Below, piece by piece: positions 41,790 through 54,385 of a DNA stretch of 64,000 bases; within the stretch, counting starts at the first letter, position 1, and every line of letters begins with the position of its first letter. The notes beneath the pieces are model-generated. The model worked only from the letters and a program-made list of their open reading frames with translations. It did no database searches and was not told where the DNA came from. Location of the stretch: the NCBI GenBank assembly GCA_053919585.1, contig CM132787.1, one strand, 5' to 3'. Origin of the DNA: Euprymna scolopes. Lineage: Eukaryota. A program made the position numbers and the translations under genes.

Positions 41790-42232
41790 AAAATGTAGTC
41801 CCATTCTGGCAATGCGTCTGACCAATGATGTTTTTGAACCCGCGGCCAGCACTGCGATGTCATCAGCATCAGCCTGGGCACAACTATTCCTATTTTTAAA
41901 CTCCTTTAAAAGAGGAGTCAGCATACAGTTCCATAGTAAAGGTGATAAAATCCCACTTTGGGGGTTTCATTTAACTACTTTCCTTTTAACAGTTGCCCTC
42001 AGTAGTTCTACTTGAACTGTTCTGTGCCTCACCATATACTCAATCCATCGGATGAGTACTGGTGGCACATTGAGTTCTCGTAGCGACTTGAACATACTAC
42101 TGAAGGGTATGTTGTCGAAAACTCCAACGATATCTAAAAAGACACCGAGTGTCATCTTCTTTTTTGTTAGTTTACGCTCTATACAGATCACGAATTCATG
42201 AACCGCAGTCTCGGTAGAGACCCTGACTCGGA
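41790..42232 (-). pseudogene. Non-LTR reverse-transcriptase fragment (LOA/R1-like)
   Basis: STETAVHE..LGVFLDIVGVFDNI..LIRWIEYMVRHR..*NPQSGILSPLLWNCML..QADADDIAVL: core RT motifs in one frame with a single stop. Confidence 0.85.
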
Positions 42233-42340
42233 ACTATTGTGATTGAATAATAAATATTGCATAAATGTGTGTTTGAGAGCTAATTTTTTTTGACAATCAT
42301 TAATACATATTATAAATTTATATATTAATACAATAGCAAT

Positions 42341-42520
42341 GCCTGGAAAAATCATGGATTATATGGAAAAATGCGCGCATGAAAAGTAATATTCTTAAGA
42401 TTTGATTAAACCATGAAAAGTAAAGGACAAGAAATTCAACCTGGAAAAGTAAAGAACAAGATATTCTAGTAAAGTAAAAAATAAGAATTTTTTAGACTTA
42501 AAATATTGCAGCTAAAAATA
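42341..42520 (+). mobile_element. Fold-back element family, single-arm copy
   Basis: Matches the left arm of 40879-41227 (gcctgg..atggatt..aaaatgcg.gcatgaaaagt..tattctagtaaa..acttaaaatattgcagc). Confidence 0.75.
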
Positions 42521-44517
42521 AAATTTGAATATTGATAAATATTTTATTTATTATTTGCATCTAAATTGAGAAATTTGTACGTGGGAGTCATAGAATATTT
42601 ATCTGTTTGATGTTTCACGACTGTGCATGCGTGAATCGTTTACATTATATAAACATTAAGTAGGTTTGAGAACATTTTGTAATTGTTATCGCCTTTGACT
42701 CAGTGTCTTTGTTTCGGTTTAGATCTCAGCTTGAGTCTTTTTCACTTACAAGTGAACTGTTTAGAAAAAAAACAATACTGGCATGGTCATGTCGCATTTA
42801 TTTTCACTTTACAGGGGGGTAACGTTACATTTTCTCCGAATACTTTTTTTTCGTATTTAATAAAATTAAAATTTTGTATATTACCTCTAAATAAAAAAAA
42901 CAGGAAAATAACAGCAAATATGAACATATACTCGTTATATATCAGGACATAAAGAGCATTTTATACAGTTTTATAATACTTAATAATATTACCTTTCTAA
43001 CAGTTTCATAACAAAAAGTTATTGAAGATATTTTCGATAAGCTTATGACAAATTAATATAATTCATGGTAAGTTTACATATTATGTACACTAAAAATAGT
43101 TTCAAATAAAACTAACAGTACGAATAAAATAGTGAACATTTTGAGCATGTGATTTTTCGAGAAATAGTATTTCCATTGTGGACATGTCTTGTTAAGATTT
43201 ATAAACTGAACGTTCTATGCCTGTTGATTTTTAATTAGGGTAATATTAAGGACAGGTCACCTATACTGGTGCAAATGCTATATTCAGAAGTGTTATTCAA
43301 ATTATGGGGCGAGACAACGATATATTTTCGTTATCATTACGCTCGCCGAATAAGTGAAAACCGTCATGGTATGTGTTATAATGTAGGGTTTCCTTTCTTA
43401 ATCTTATAAAAATTAAGACTGCCGTCAATGCGTATATTAAAATTCGATATATTCGTAAGAGTTATTGGAATGAAATTCCATTGTCAAAATAATACAGGAC
43501 ATAATTTGTACGCATTTCGAATCAAAAACATAACCAGTTCTCTCTAAGCTATATACACTAGGTCGCAACGGAAAATGAAAACATAGGCACAATTTCTCTT
43601 GATGGAGAAGCATGGATTCATTTTTTTTTTTTTTTTTTTTTTTTGCTATTTCATGTAAGCAACACAAGTACTCGCTATTAGAACACTATAACAGTTTTAC
43701 ATAGTTCAACATTTCGTAGAAGTATGAAGAGTGAGCAGACGAGTCACTGGGCAATGTGCCCGTAGGGGTTTACTTTTCTTTCTTTCTTTTTTTTTCTCCC
43801 TCTCTTCTCCTTTCTTGTGTCTCCTTGTTCCGTTTCAGTCTTTTCTCGATATTTATCCTTTATACACATATTTATTTGAGTTGTTGGTTTCATTCCATCG
43901 CCACGCCTCCAAATTCTTACATTATGTTACAAACATTCTCCAAAAATCAAATCACTATTAAACTATAGTTTGAGATGCAAGGACGAATATTATTTTCCCA
44001 GAATAAGTATAAAAAATATTTTAGAAAGGAGTGTAGATGGCCATGGGTAACTGTTCTTATAAACTCGCATCCGGATTAACCAATCAGTTATGATATACAT
44101 CACACGCTTATAATAAATGTGACGATCATGATATATATGGAGGGGTGGCCAGGAACAGCACTGAAAATGATTAGGAATTATAGAGAATCGCCATGAATGT
44201 TTTTTCTGAGATATTAGATGGGGATTAATGACATGTTATCCTTTTTCAAATTCATTAGGTAAACCCGGGAAACAATATCATGACAGCGAAACCAAGGGTC
44301 GAAATATATGTATTCTATTTATCCATATATTTATGTAAACTATTTGAAATACTCAAATACATATAAAAGTATATTGAAATAACCACACAGTAATTGAAAT
44401 ATCCAAACATTAATGAAACTGTATTAGAATATTCAAATAATTATTAAACTACTTGGGAATAGTGAAATGTGGAAATTTATTGGAATATACAATGGGTTTA
44501 TGAAATATGTCATTATA

Positions 44518-46065
44518 CACTGCGTGTCAAATTATTAACGAGATAACATTTTTTTAATGAGTTTCAGGAACTTAAAGGTAGTTTCATATCAAAAACTTCG
44601 GAAGCTTTGGCAATACTGAGCTGCGTGTACTGTGGAATTTGCGTACTATTCCACGTAATGTAAACAACTTGCCATCGTAATTGCTGAATCCACGATGTTT
44701 GAGGTGTGTCAAATTATTAACAAGGCAGTTTTTTCATCAATATAATGGGTCGTAAAGGTGGTTTGAGTAGTTATAAAAAGAGTACTATTAAAGAACAGCC
44801 AACAAAAGTTAAAACTTCCCTCGAAATATCGAAAATTATAGGCAAGGTACAATCAAACTGAAGAAATTTGTCAAGGACCCGACAAAGGTACGTAAGAGGT
44901 CAGATAATGGTAAATCTAGAATTGTTTCACGCCGTTCTCTACTCCAAATTAAATGTTAAAAACGCTGGGCAGACAAGTCGAGAAGTCTTGACCAAGCCAG
45001 AGTGAAGAATGTCTCAAAAAGTACTCTATGTCGCCTTCTGAAAAGTGGCAAAGTCTATTTAGCCTGTGCAAAGCCTCCCTTAAAGCAACATCACATACAA
45101 AACCGATTGAAATGGGCAAAGGACAACATGGAAACGGATTTTCCAAAGTTTTGTTCACGGATTAAATGCGTGTCACTCTTGAGTGCTCAGATGCCTGGAG
45201 GAAGCGGTTGGTCCTAGATGGACGACATCGTCATCAGAGTTTAAGGTGCCAACAAAGCGGGGTTGGGATAATGATTTTGGGTAGGATTCTCGGAGGTACT
45301 TTAATTGACCAATGGAGAGTCCCCGAAGTCGTAAAAAGGACGTCAAATGCTTACATAGCTTTTTTGAAGGCGCACTTAAAATGATGGCTGAAGAAGCAAA
45401 AGAAGGCAGTCAGAAGAACCATTATTTTTATGCAGGATAATGCTCCCTCGCATGCAGCAAACAAAAGCAAAGAGTATTTGTAACAACTGGGGTTCTCTAG
45501 GCTACGGAAGATGGAGTGGCGTACGAATTCACCAGATTTGAACTCAATGTAGAATCTTTGGAGTATCATGATGCGACGCTTCTATGCAAGTGGACGCCAA
45601 TATAAAAGCAAAGATGAGTTGTGGGATGCTCTCCAAGAGGTATCGCGAGGAATAACTTGACGAAATCACAAATTTTACTAATTCTGTGCATCAGCATCTT
45701 TTACAATTCATTCATAAGAAAGAATCGCATATGCCCTACTAATTATGTCAACGTAGAAATTGCTATGTAGTTATTGTGTTCGAATAATTTTTCCTAGTAC
45801 ATTTAATGTCTGCAAATCATTTCAATCACAAGTTCTGGGTATATTGTGTTTTTTCTCAACCTCGTTAATAACTTGACACACTGAAATCAACAGATATTCC
45901 TATCTTCTGCCATAGTTTCGCTAATACTCTTTAAATATTTTTATTTTCTTACTGGAGTAGCTGAATAGTATTGTAAGTACTTGGTCAAAGTTTCATAGGT
46001 GTTTATTCACTCGTTCCTTATATATTTAAAAATATGTAAACTTGTTAATAATTTGATACGCAGTG
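44518..46065 (+). mobile_element. Full-length, inactivated Tc1-family transposon with IR/DR ends (1548 bp)
   Basis: TIRs CACTGCGT(G/A)TCAAATTATTAAC(G/A)AG with TA on both sides. Inner repeats TGTGTCAAATTATTAACAAG (about 44705) and CTCGTTAATAACTTGACACA (about 45861). Confidence 0.95.
44745..45742 (+). pseudogene. Tc1 (DD34E) transposase pseudogene
   Basis: MGRKGGLS..., KPPLKQHHIQNRLKWAKD, FMQDNAPSH, SPDLNSM*NLWSI (catalytic Glu codon now TAG); several frameshifts and stops. Confidence 0.9.
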
Positions 46066-47194
46066 TATATGATAAATATCGAACATATTACATATCTACA
46101 TGAAAAATCATTCTGCCTGCTATAATTCCTGATGAACTAATGTATATGCCATGTTTAATTCTACATGTCCATGTTAATATATGCGTATTTTTATCGAAAT
46201 AATTTTTAATTTAACTAGTTGTCAGATATAACCACTTCCAGAAACAAATAAAATAGAGAAATACTATTCAGAACTAAATATATTTACTTGTTTTCTTTTA
46301 ATACAAAAAAATGTTCGGATTTGAAAAAATGCATTTGGCAATTTTTTCTATTTGGAAAAATGTCTCAATTTGCAGGTGGTTATTAAAATGTGTTTTTATA
46401 TTTTAAGTTGAAATACAAATCTAATAAAGACATGTTTTACCAACATCTTTATAAGATGTAAAGATATGTAAATTGCGAAACTTTCACGTACTAGATAAGT
46501 AAATCTTTCTAAGATAGTAGCAAGCATGTGAGAATTTAGATCCATCAAAGTATATACGCAACATTCACCGATACAAACAATAAGAGATACTGAACGCATT
46601 TGTAAAATATACGATGATATATGTGAATGCTTTGCTTGGAACTGCTCGTTGATATGGTGTATGCTCTTTGTGTAAATGCAGCATTGGTCTGATTTGTTAG
46701 CTTGCTTGGCTTGCATCAATTTTCATTCCATTTTGTTTTTTTTTTGTTTTTTTAATTTTTAAATAATTTGCTTCGCGTCGGTATGCTTTGAACGTTTGTA
46801 TTTTCTCAATAAACCAAGGAGAAACTGCAGAAAAACAATCACAATATTCGGAACATTTCTGAAATATCATGTTTCGGATTTTTCTTTCAAGTGAGGATTG
46901 ATAATTTGGGTGTTGGAATTACTCCGATTAATATTACCATTTACATTTTTTATCTACATGGTTCCGATCAGTGTAAACTCTGATAATTTCACGATGAAGG
47001 TTTCGTGCTGAGTAATGTCGACATCGGTAATTCAAACTTGTTAATCAGAATTATATATATATAACTACTTCATTTATTCGCATAAATTTAATATATGAAA
47101 GTATAGATTTATGCGTAAACTTTAACTATTTACTTCAAAAGTTCTCAATACGTAGGTAGAGCTAGTTAGTAATTTATAAAATATATATGGCGAT

Positions 47195-47248
47195 TAAGCT
47201 ACACTGAATATTCTGCGTTTCATCCAACTATAGGATTCGTCAGGCTTA
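47195..47248 (-). ncRNA. Type I hammerhead ribozyme (antisense copy)
   Basis: Stem I TAAGC/GCTTA (5/5), core CTGACGA, stem II ATCC-tatagtt-GGAT, GAAA, stem III ACGCAGAAT/ATTCAGTGT, cleavage triplet GTA. Confidence 0.85.
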
Positions 47249-47662
47249 TGCGCGAATTCTGTCGTAGCTTCTTGTTTTTATATATGTTGAGGATTTCTAG
47301 TCGGCCAATCAGCTTTCTAGTATCCTAAAACTAACAATAACAATAGGAAAAAAACAAATAAATAAATTAAATAAACATGAATATACATAAACGATCACAT
47401 ACATATATGTATGTGTATGTATATATATGTATATATGTATATGTATGTGCATTGTTGTGTGCACATAGGTATATTTATATGTATAAAAAAAGGAGAACGA
47501 CCACCTAAACCCACTAACCTAGTTCTAAAACAGATCCTTTGTTTGATAAAATGCATGCCCATTGGCTGGTAGGAAGGAGCGCGGTGGATACTAGAAAGCT
47601 GATTGGCCGACTAGAAATCCTCAACATATATAAAAACAAGAAGCAACGACAGAATTCGCGCA

Positions 47663-47716
47663 TAAGCCTGACGAATCCTATAGTTGGATGAAACGCAGAA
47701 TATTCAGTGTAGCTCA
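47663..47716 (+). ncRNA. Type I hammerhead ribozyme (sense copy)
   Basis: CTGACGA 47668-74, stem II ATCC/GGAT, GAAA 47690-93, GTA 47709-11 (predicted cut after 47711). Stem I TAAGC/GCTCA has one A-C mismatch. Confidence 0.8.
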
Positions 47717-47742
47717 ATCGCCATATATATTTTATAAATTAC

Positions 47743-47777
<35 letters not shown>

Positions 47778-49857
47778 GATTTCTTATTCACTTATATTTT
47801 ATTGTTCTTTCAAATGCGAACCGTTTTTAGATATACCTTTAGTGATATTCGTGAAGTCGAAAATGATTTTAGTAGTAGATGTACAAACTATGAAATAAGA
47901 GATTACTTGATTACAAAAATCGATTTCAGTAAAGTTAGAAAGGTAGAACACAACACATTTGTTTCTTTTATTAATGTATATAATGGAATTTAATTGTGAT
48001 TGATGAACTTCGGGTTTCTTGTTCGCATTTTATAGAAAATGAAACAAATATTTCCTCTTTACGTTAATGAGTAATTTTCTATATGGAAAAAATCTAGGTC
48101 ATGAGTATGATAACGACAACAAAATTCATTATGTGTATAGTCGTTTCAAAGAAACTTATTGAACACAGAAGTGATGGAAAAAACCAAAGTGTCTTATTTA
48201 TCGTTTAAATATTTTTTTCCAAAACAATTATCACCTATCATGAGGAGGATTTTTTTTATAAAGAGTTGTAGAATAATGATTTCCTCATTTAAAAAATATA
48301 TTATAAAGCTGCACAGTACATTATATATGTCTATGATATTTATGCATATGGTTGATTAATATTTAGATTTATAACATAAACCTCGACCCAAGTGTCCACA
48401 CACAAAAACACACATATTTACACAAAATAAACGTCTTTGTTATATAAAAGACAAATTATTACGGCAATTCTGAGATGTGTAGTGGTACTTTACTGGTGAT
48501 TTTGCAATGAAGTTATATTCTCTATTCAAATATTGTGTACAGACAATAGAAATAACTCTATGAATGATATTTTACCAAGCTGACTTGCATATCCAAACTA
48601 TACAGTTGGAATCCTACATCGGGTTTCTTCTTTTTCTGTTAAATGAAAAGAAAATTCTAATTGTGTTCTTATTTCTATACTACACTGTCGTGAGAAACGT
48701 CTTAGATGTTAGTATATTTTAATACATAACGCTTCTTGGTCTGTCGGTATCCCTCCGCCTTCTCTCTTTTTCTATCTCTCTCTCTCTATATATATGTAAT
48801 AAATGAAAAGGTATATTCTTAGTTTTTATAAAAAATAAAACAAGAATTATGCTTTGCAGATTACGTATTACATGTACAATTTTCCTGCAAACATGAGAAA
48901 ATTGTCATAAATTGCTTCCTGCATTATTCACAGTAATTCATATACTCATGAATATGTTCGTTAGATATATATCAAAAATAAAATATCAGCCCACACATTA
49001 AGGTAGGAGCTCTTAACGTAAAAATCCTTATATATGTACATATAAATAAGTAGCAAGCCTTCCGAGGTTTCCTTGTCGTATAATATGATATTTTAATTCA
49101 TACAAATTTTGTGTTTATTTTTATAGACCCAATTGTCTGTCGATTATATTTTACTCAATAAATTATAGTGGTTTCAAAGGTTTTTAAAAGAATAGTTAAG
49201 TGCCCTCAGCACGAATTGATACAAAAATATTGAAACTCCAGCTTTTGTACCTATCGTTTGAGCTATGAACAGAGGAATAAGAAATAATAAATAAAATGCA
49301 TATTTGCACCTAAGTATGCGAGAACGTTTAATCCTCTTATGCCAACCAAGCTGCATTTTGTTTTCAATTTGATCCCTTAGCAATAGTATTGCCGCTTATA
49401 ACCAGATCGAATTTATTCCAAAGATATAAATATCCTATATACTTTCAAGTGTCTAGATCAGAAGTTGGCAGAGTAGTTTGGTAGCGACTGTTCTTTACAC
49501 GGACAATAAGAATATATATATATGTGTGTGTGTGCGCGCACGTGTATGTATGTCACAATTAAAGACTGTAACTTATAATTTACAAGAATTTATTTTAAGG
49601 AAGAATACTCAAAAAGAAGTACTCGCAGAGAAAAACATTCTTTGAAACTCCGAATATTAAAAAATTCTTACTTTTTGTGTATCATGTCGAACAATTATAG
49701 TCTATAAATGATAATTTACATTATTATAAAGTATTTTTATGACAAACAATTTCCTATTTTGAATGTAATCAGTTTTTATTTTTTTGGGGGGGGTCTATAT
49801 AAACATAATTATGTATATTCGCTTCACGTTTACTGTAGCGTTTGGCTTGTACACTTC

Positions 49858-49936
<79 letters not shown>

Positions 49937-50884
49937 CAGTGCACAGCACAATTATTTTACCTGGTTCTATGACCGTGTGTCTCGGAGGAGATTTACTGAA
50001 AACAAACGGGTGCACACAGCCATAGTGAGTTTTGTAAAAAAGATTAAACATTATTCAATATTTTAATGAATTGAAAGTTTTGTGAAATATAATGCGATTA
50101 AAACCTGATTAAATGCAAAAATATAACTTTAGAACTCAAACTACGCTTAGAAACATTACTCTCTTCCATGTCCCAAAGGAATTATTTTCACTTGTATATC
50201 GTTTATAGTTGATTTTATTTCCTGAATTTCTTGTATTCGATAAATATGGGACAAATGGAAGGTATTCATTCATATTACTTTGTGAGAAAATATGTCTAAC
50301 ATATTGCTACATTTTCTACGTCTTGCAACAGAGGCAAGTCGTTATACAACATGAAATATTTGTGGAATATTATGAAGATATACGCACACATTCTAGAAAC
50401 AAATACAAAGACGCAGCTTATATTAACTTTTTTTGCAGACTGTGAGAATGACTCGACGTTGTTCAGGATTATATGAGGATCAACGGATTTCGACACTTTC
50501 AATTTTTGCTATCGAAATCGGTGATTGCTTGCTCAAGTCGGAGATACACCACAATGCACTGATATGACTTCTCGCAATGACTTTGTCCACAATACATTGT
50601 AGTCTACATTACACTGTAGAGAACTTGATTTTATAAAATTATTTTAAATAATGATGTGAACTAAATTTAAAAATTCGAAAGTTAACTACGATGGTTTAAT
50701 TGGGCTCTTAGCAGAAACATTTATATCGAAGACGCCATGTCTCATCGAGGAATCTACTGTAAATTTTATACGCCGAATCAATCTACTTTCGCAATGATAA
50801 AACTTGTACAATTCAGTTATGATGTTAAGTATAATCAGAATGTTAACTTTGTTCAAAATCGTCCCTGCTTTAATTTAATTTAAC

Positions 50885-51025
50885 ACGTATCTAAGAACAC
50901 TCCCAGACACAAATTGGGTTTGTGTAAAATTTCAAATAAATGTGCTCATCCGTTTAAGAGTCTATAGGGAACGGAATCACACACATGCACACAGACAAAT
51001 TGCTTGTTATATAAGTAGTGATTTT
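50885..51025 (-). mobile_element. Helitron-like 5'-end fragment
   Basis: aaaattttcaa..ccgtttaagagtctatagggaac..cacacagaca..ttatataagtagtgat has the same terminal layout as the Helitron-like units at 818-3678. Confidence 0.45.
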
Positions 51026-51211
51026 TAATTAGCATATATTAAATATAAATCGTATTTAACCATTATCCTCGAATGGCCTATGGGCCTTGATAAGTGGTGA
51101 TTCCTTTATAAAACTGAATATGCGCATAAAACGGAAAACAAATGGTCAGAAATGTCATTTATACATTTTTAGGATTTAAACAATCATTTGTGCCAAACAT
51201 ATGTTACATTA

Positions 51212-51500
51212 CGTGGCGCAGTTGATAGAGACATTGAATCTCTACGGTTCCAGATAAGCATTGTCTGAAGATAGCCGTTTCGATTCTACCCATAGCCAGA
51301 TAAATGCTTACTTGGCCAGAAACCTGGTGAGACGGCAACAACTACGGATGGAAGCGATTGCTGAGAATGCAGTTTGGAGATTCGAAGTTCCTATCTTTCG
51401 CGATTACCACCTGACGAAGGCCAGAGGAATAGTTGGTTGAAACGTTGTGAAACAACAACTAATGAAGATGAGAATAATAGTACGTAATAAATAAATTAAT
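51212..51500 (+). mobile_element. tRNA-derived SINE with a hammerhead-like 3' region
   Basis: A-box TGGCGCAGTTG (51214), B-box-like GTTTCGATTC (about 51276), A-rich tail. 13-bp TSD ATATGTTACATTA / ATACGTTACATTA (51199-211, 51501-513; 12/13). Confidence 0.8.
51408..51449 (+). ncRNA. Minimal type I hammerhead-like motif
   Basis: CAC-CTGACGA-A-GGCCAG..TTGGTT-GAAA-CGTT-GTG: 3-bp stem I CAC/GTG, stem II with G-U pairs, palindromic AACGTT stem III (would need a dimer). Confidence 0.55.
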
Positions 51501-52296
51501 ATACGTTACATTATTTCATAATCAGCTTACTACTCTAGATTAGTCAAACGAAATAGTGTAGAATTATCTGATAAGGTTAGTTATTTTTAGTCTAGGTGAC
51601 AAAATGAACAAACTAATATTAAGTTAAGGCAATTCTGTGTTGAACACAAGTTGCCAACTACCACTCCTTTTCATAAAGATGGGATCGCCGATCCACGAAA
51701 ATGCACAGCCAATATAGAAACATTTTAGCTGATTTTAAGTTACATCGAACGTGAAACTCGTATTAAAAGATACTGTCTTTGTTGCCAGGATGCGTTCCTT
51801 CCAAGCTTGTCGAATGAGATCATATACAACGTTTGAGTTACATGTTCACATAATGTAAACAGGTTACGAACCTATACAAGCGATTCGAATATATACGTGA
51901 AATTCGTAAAATATGTTATTTATTGTTTAAAGCTGAATATTGCTAGGTTATCATTCGAACTGGACTTAATAGAATGGAAATATATTTCGAATACACTTGC
52001 ATTAATTTAGAGATATACACTGTATTCTGAATCCTACAATAATTAGAATTTGAACATATGTAACGATTGAACTTCTACCGTTTCAACTAATCTAACATGA
52101 ATAAACTAAGTATCAAAAATGCGTATATTAACGTAGTCTAATATTTACGAATTTTAATAAGATTCTTAACGAAATGTGAACTTATACAGGTGCTGTTTTC
52201 TATTGTAGAAGAAGAGATTTCGTCAATTTAACAATTAACTCTAGATAGGCTATTAAAATAGATTTTAAAAATGTAATACTTCCGACTTACTTTCTT

Positions 52297-52299
<3 letters not shown>

Positions 52300-52367
<68 letters not shown>

Positions 52368-52374
52368 CGTGTGT
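52300..52374. repeat. (CA)n(TG)n self-complementary microsatellite
   Basis: About 17 CA units run directly into about 13 TG units, then GCGCGCACGTGTGT. Confidence 0.95.
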
Positions 52375-54385
52375 TTCAGGTGTGTATTTGTATGCGTTTT
52401 ATTTCCTATAATATCCACCATAAATAAGCTGCACATTTGATCTCTATAAGTCGTGCAATAAAAAATTAAAATAATATAGAAAATTGAATTAATTTTTCAG
52501 AAGAAACGTTTTTCAATGTATATTATGTGTTTATGATTTGGTGTTAATGATTTTTGTAATCATATACTGCTGCCAGTAATGGTGCTAAATATCTAAATGT
52601 ATCGCAAACGATAGTTTATCTCATTTTTATATTTATTAAATAAAAATGAAAAAGTTATAGTTATAGAAAGTAAAAAAAAATCAAATGAGCATAAGATGAT
52701 TACTTTCTGTGAGTAAATGTACACCTCAGCTAACAACGTTATGCTTGATTGCTGGTAATTTGTATTACAAAACAAATTCTAAAAAAATATGACTTATCCA
52801 AATATATACGTATTTCTCTAACATTGCGTGTTCTTTTAGATATTTATTCATGAAAATTTGGATTCCAGTTTTTTGCATTTTCATTATATAATAAAACTAT
52901 ACAGAACATTTTACATTTTCGTAAGTCTTTAAATGTTTTCGATAATTCTACTGACAATATGGACAGTAACATTTGCATTATATCTATCATGATTCCTCTT
53001 ATTTTTTTCACAATTAAATGGTTTCGGAATTATTCCGAAAACACTTATTTTCTACAAAATTTATGACATCCTTTTCTTGAATAAAGACAACATTAACAGA
53101 TATTAAAGCTTTGATTGTCACTTTTACCAGGAGTAATCGCTCTGTTAAAAATGCGTCTTTCGAAATGCATTTCATGTTTACGTCCGAGCTGTGTTTGCTG
53201 TGATAGGACAGTTGTTTGAATTTTTTAAAAAAATGCGTATGAAATACGTTTATAATCCAAATTTGTTTACACGTGCGCCAAGCATATTCTTCCAAGATTT
53301 CAAAATAACACCGCAGATGAATAAAAGCTGGATTTTTACTGATGTTTTTGTTTCTTAAATTTAACATTATGACAGGGAAAAATGTACTAAATTCTGAGGA
53401 TAGAGTCTATCTCCGAAATATTCATTTTAAACAAAAATATTTTAATTTCATAATATTGTGTTGTAATTTTGTATATAAACGTATTTCATACGGATTTTTG
53501 TTTATTAATTGTTAATCAGTGTACTAAATTCACACGCTAAATATGATAAAATGTTATAGTAATTAAGTATGCTCATTAATGATTCCCTCAGACAAAGTAT
53601 GTGTGTTGTCTTAAAAAGTTATTTCATGGAAATTGCGAAACCTATTTCATTTTAAATAATTAAAGATTAATAATTAAACTTTCTCGACATTATAAGGTTA
53701 AAAGTGATATCTCTCCCTGTGGTTTTAAAGAACCCTCAGACACTAAAATAAACATTATTATATACTGCCATATATTAATTCTATTTTCTTTTGTGCACTT
53801 ATTGTAGGTCATGCGGTTTGTAAATATATTCGTACTGTTTATTTTATACCTAGATATAAAAATAACTATATTTCTACGAAAAGCTAGCAGACATGCATAA
53901 TGGATATATTTATTCTTTTGTAAAAATGGATCATCCTTACATTGAATATACTGGAAAGTTTGAAAATATTTTACATCTGTAACAAAATCTGTACATGTTA
54001 TCGTAATTAATAGAATATATATAATTCAAACACGGTACTGTTTGAATATGTTGTTTGGTGTTAGGTTTACTAATTTAAACTTGCTTTAAAGCTTCACCGC
54101 TCACTCAATTTGTGACCAAATAGTAAACAATTTTTACAGTTCATGGGTCACCTTCTCAGCTATATTTTGAAAGAAAAGGGTCAATTTTTGTTCAATAAAC
54201 AAAAGTTATAAAATTACTGTGCTCAACGGTTCTCAGAAAATGTAACGAACGTAGCGACGTGTTTTTCTTATTTGCTGTTGGTTGCAATAGCAACTTTTCC
54301 AACATTCACGTTTTATAGATACGATTTCCTCCGCAAGACGATTTCTTGGGATTGATTGTTGGTTAACATAAAAAAAAACTTTTCC

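Larger units (their letters stand above)
47167..47744. mobile_element. Young fold-back element with 159-bp inverted arms, each carrying a hammerhead ribozyme
   Basis: Arms 47167-47325 and 47586-47744 differ at 2 positions by my alignment. 260-bp spacer with TA/TG microsatellite; right arm abuts (TA)n. Confidence 0.9.

Noticed and set aside
49708-50066. ORFs with YIYIYI runs (also at 32382, 47688, 57156-57423) and poly-Y (24730)
   Set aside because: Translations of (TA)n or (TAT)n microsatellites.
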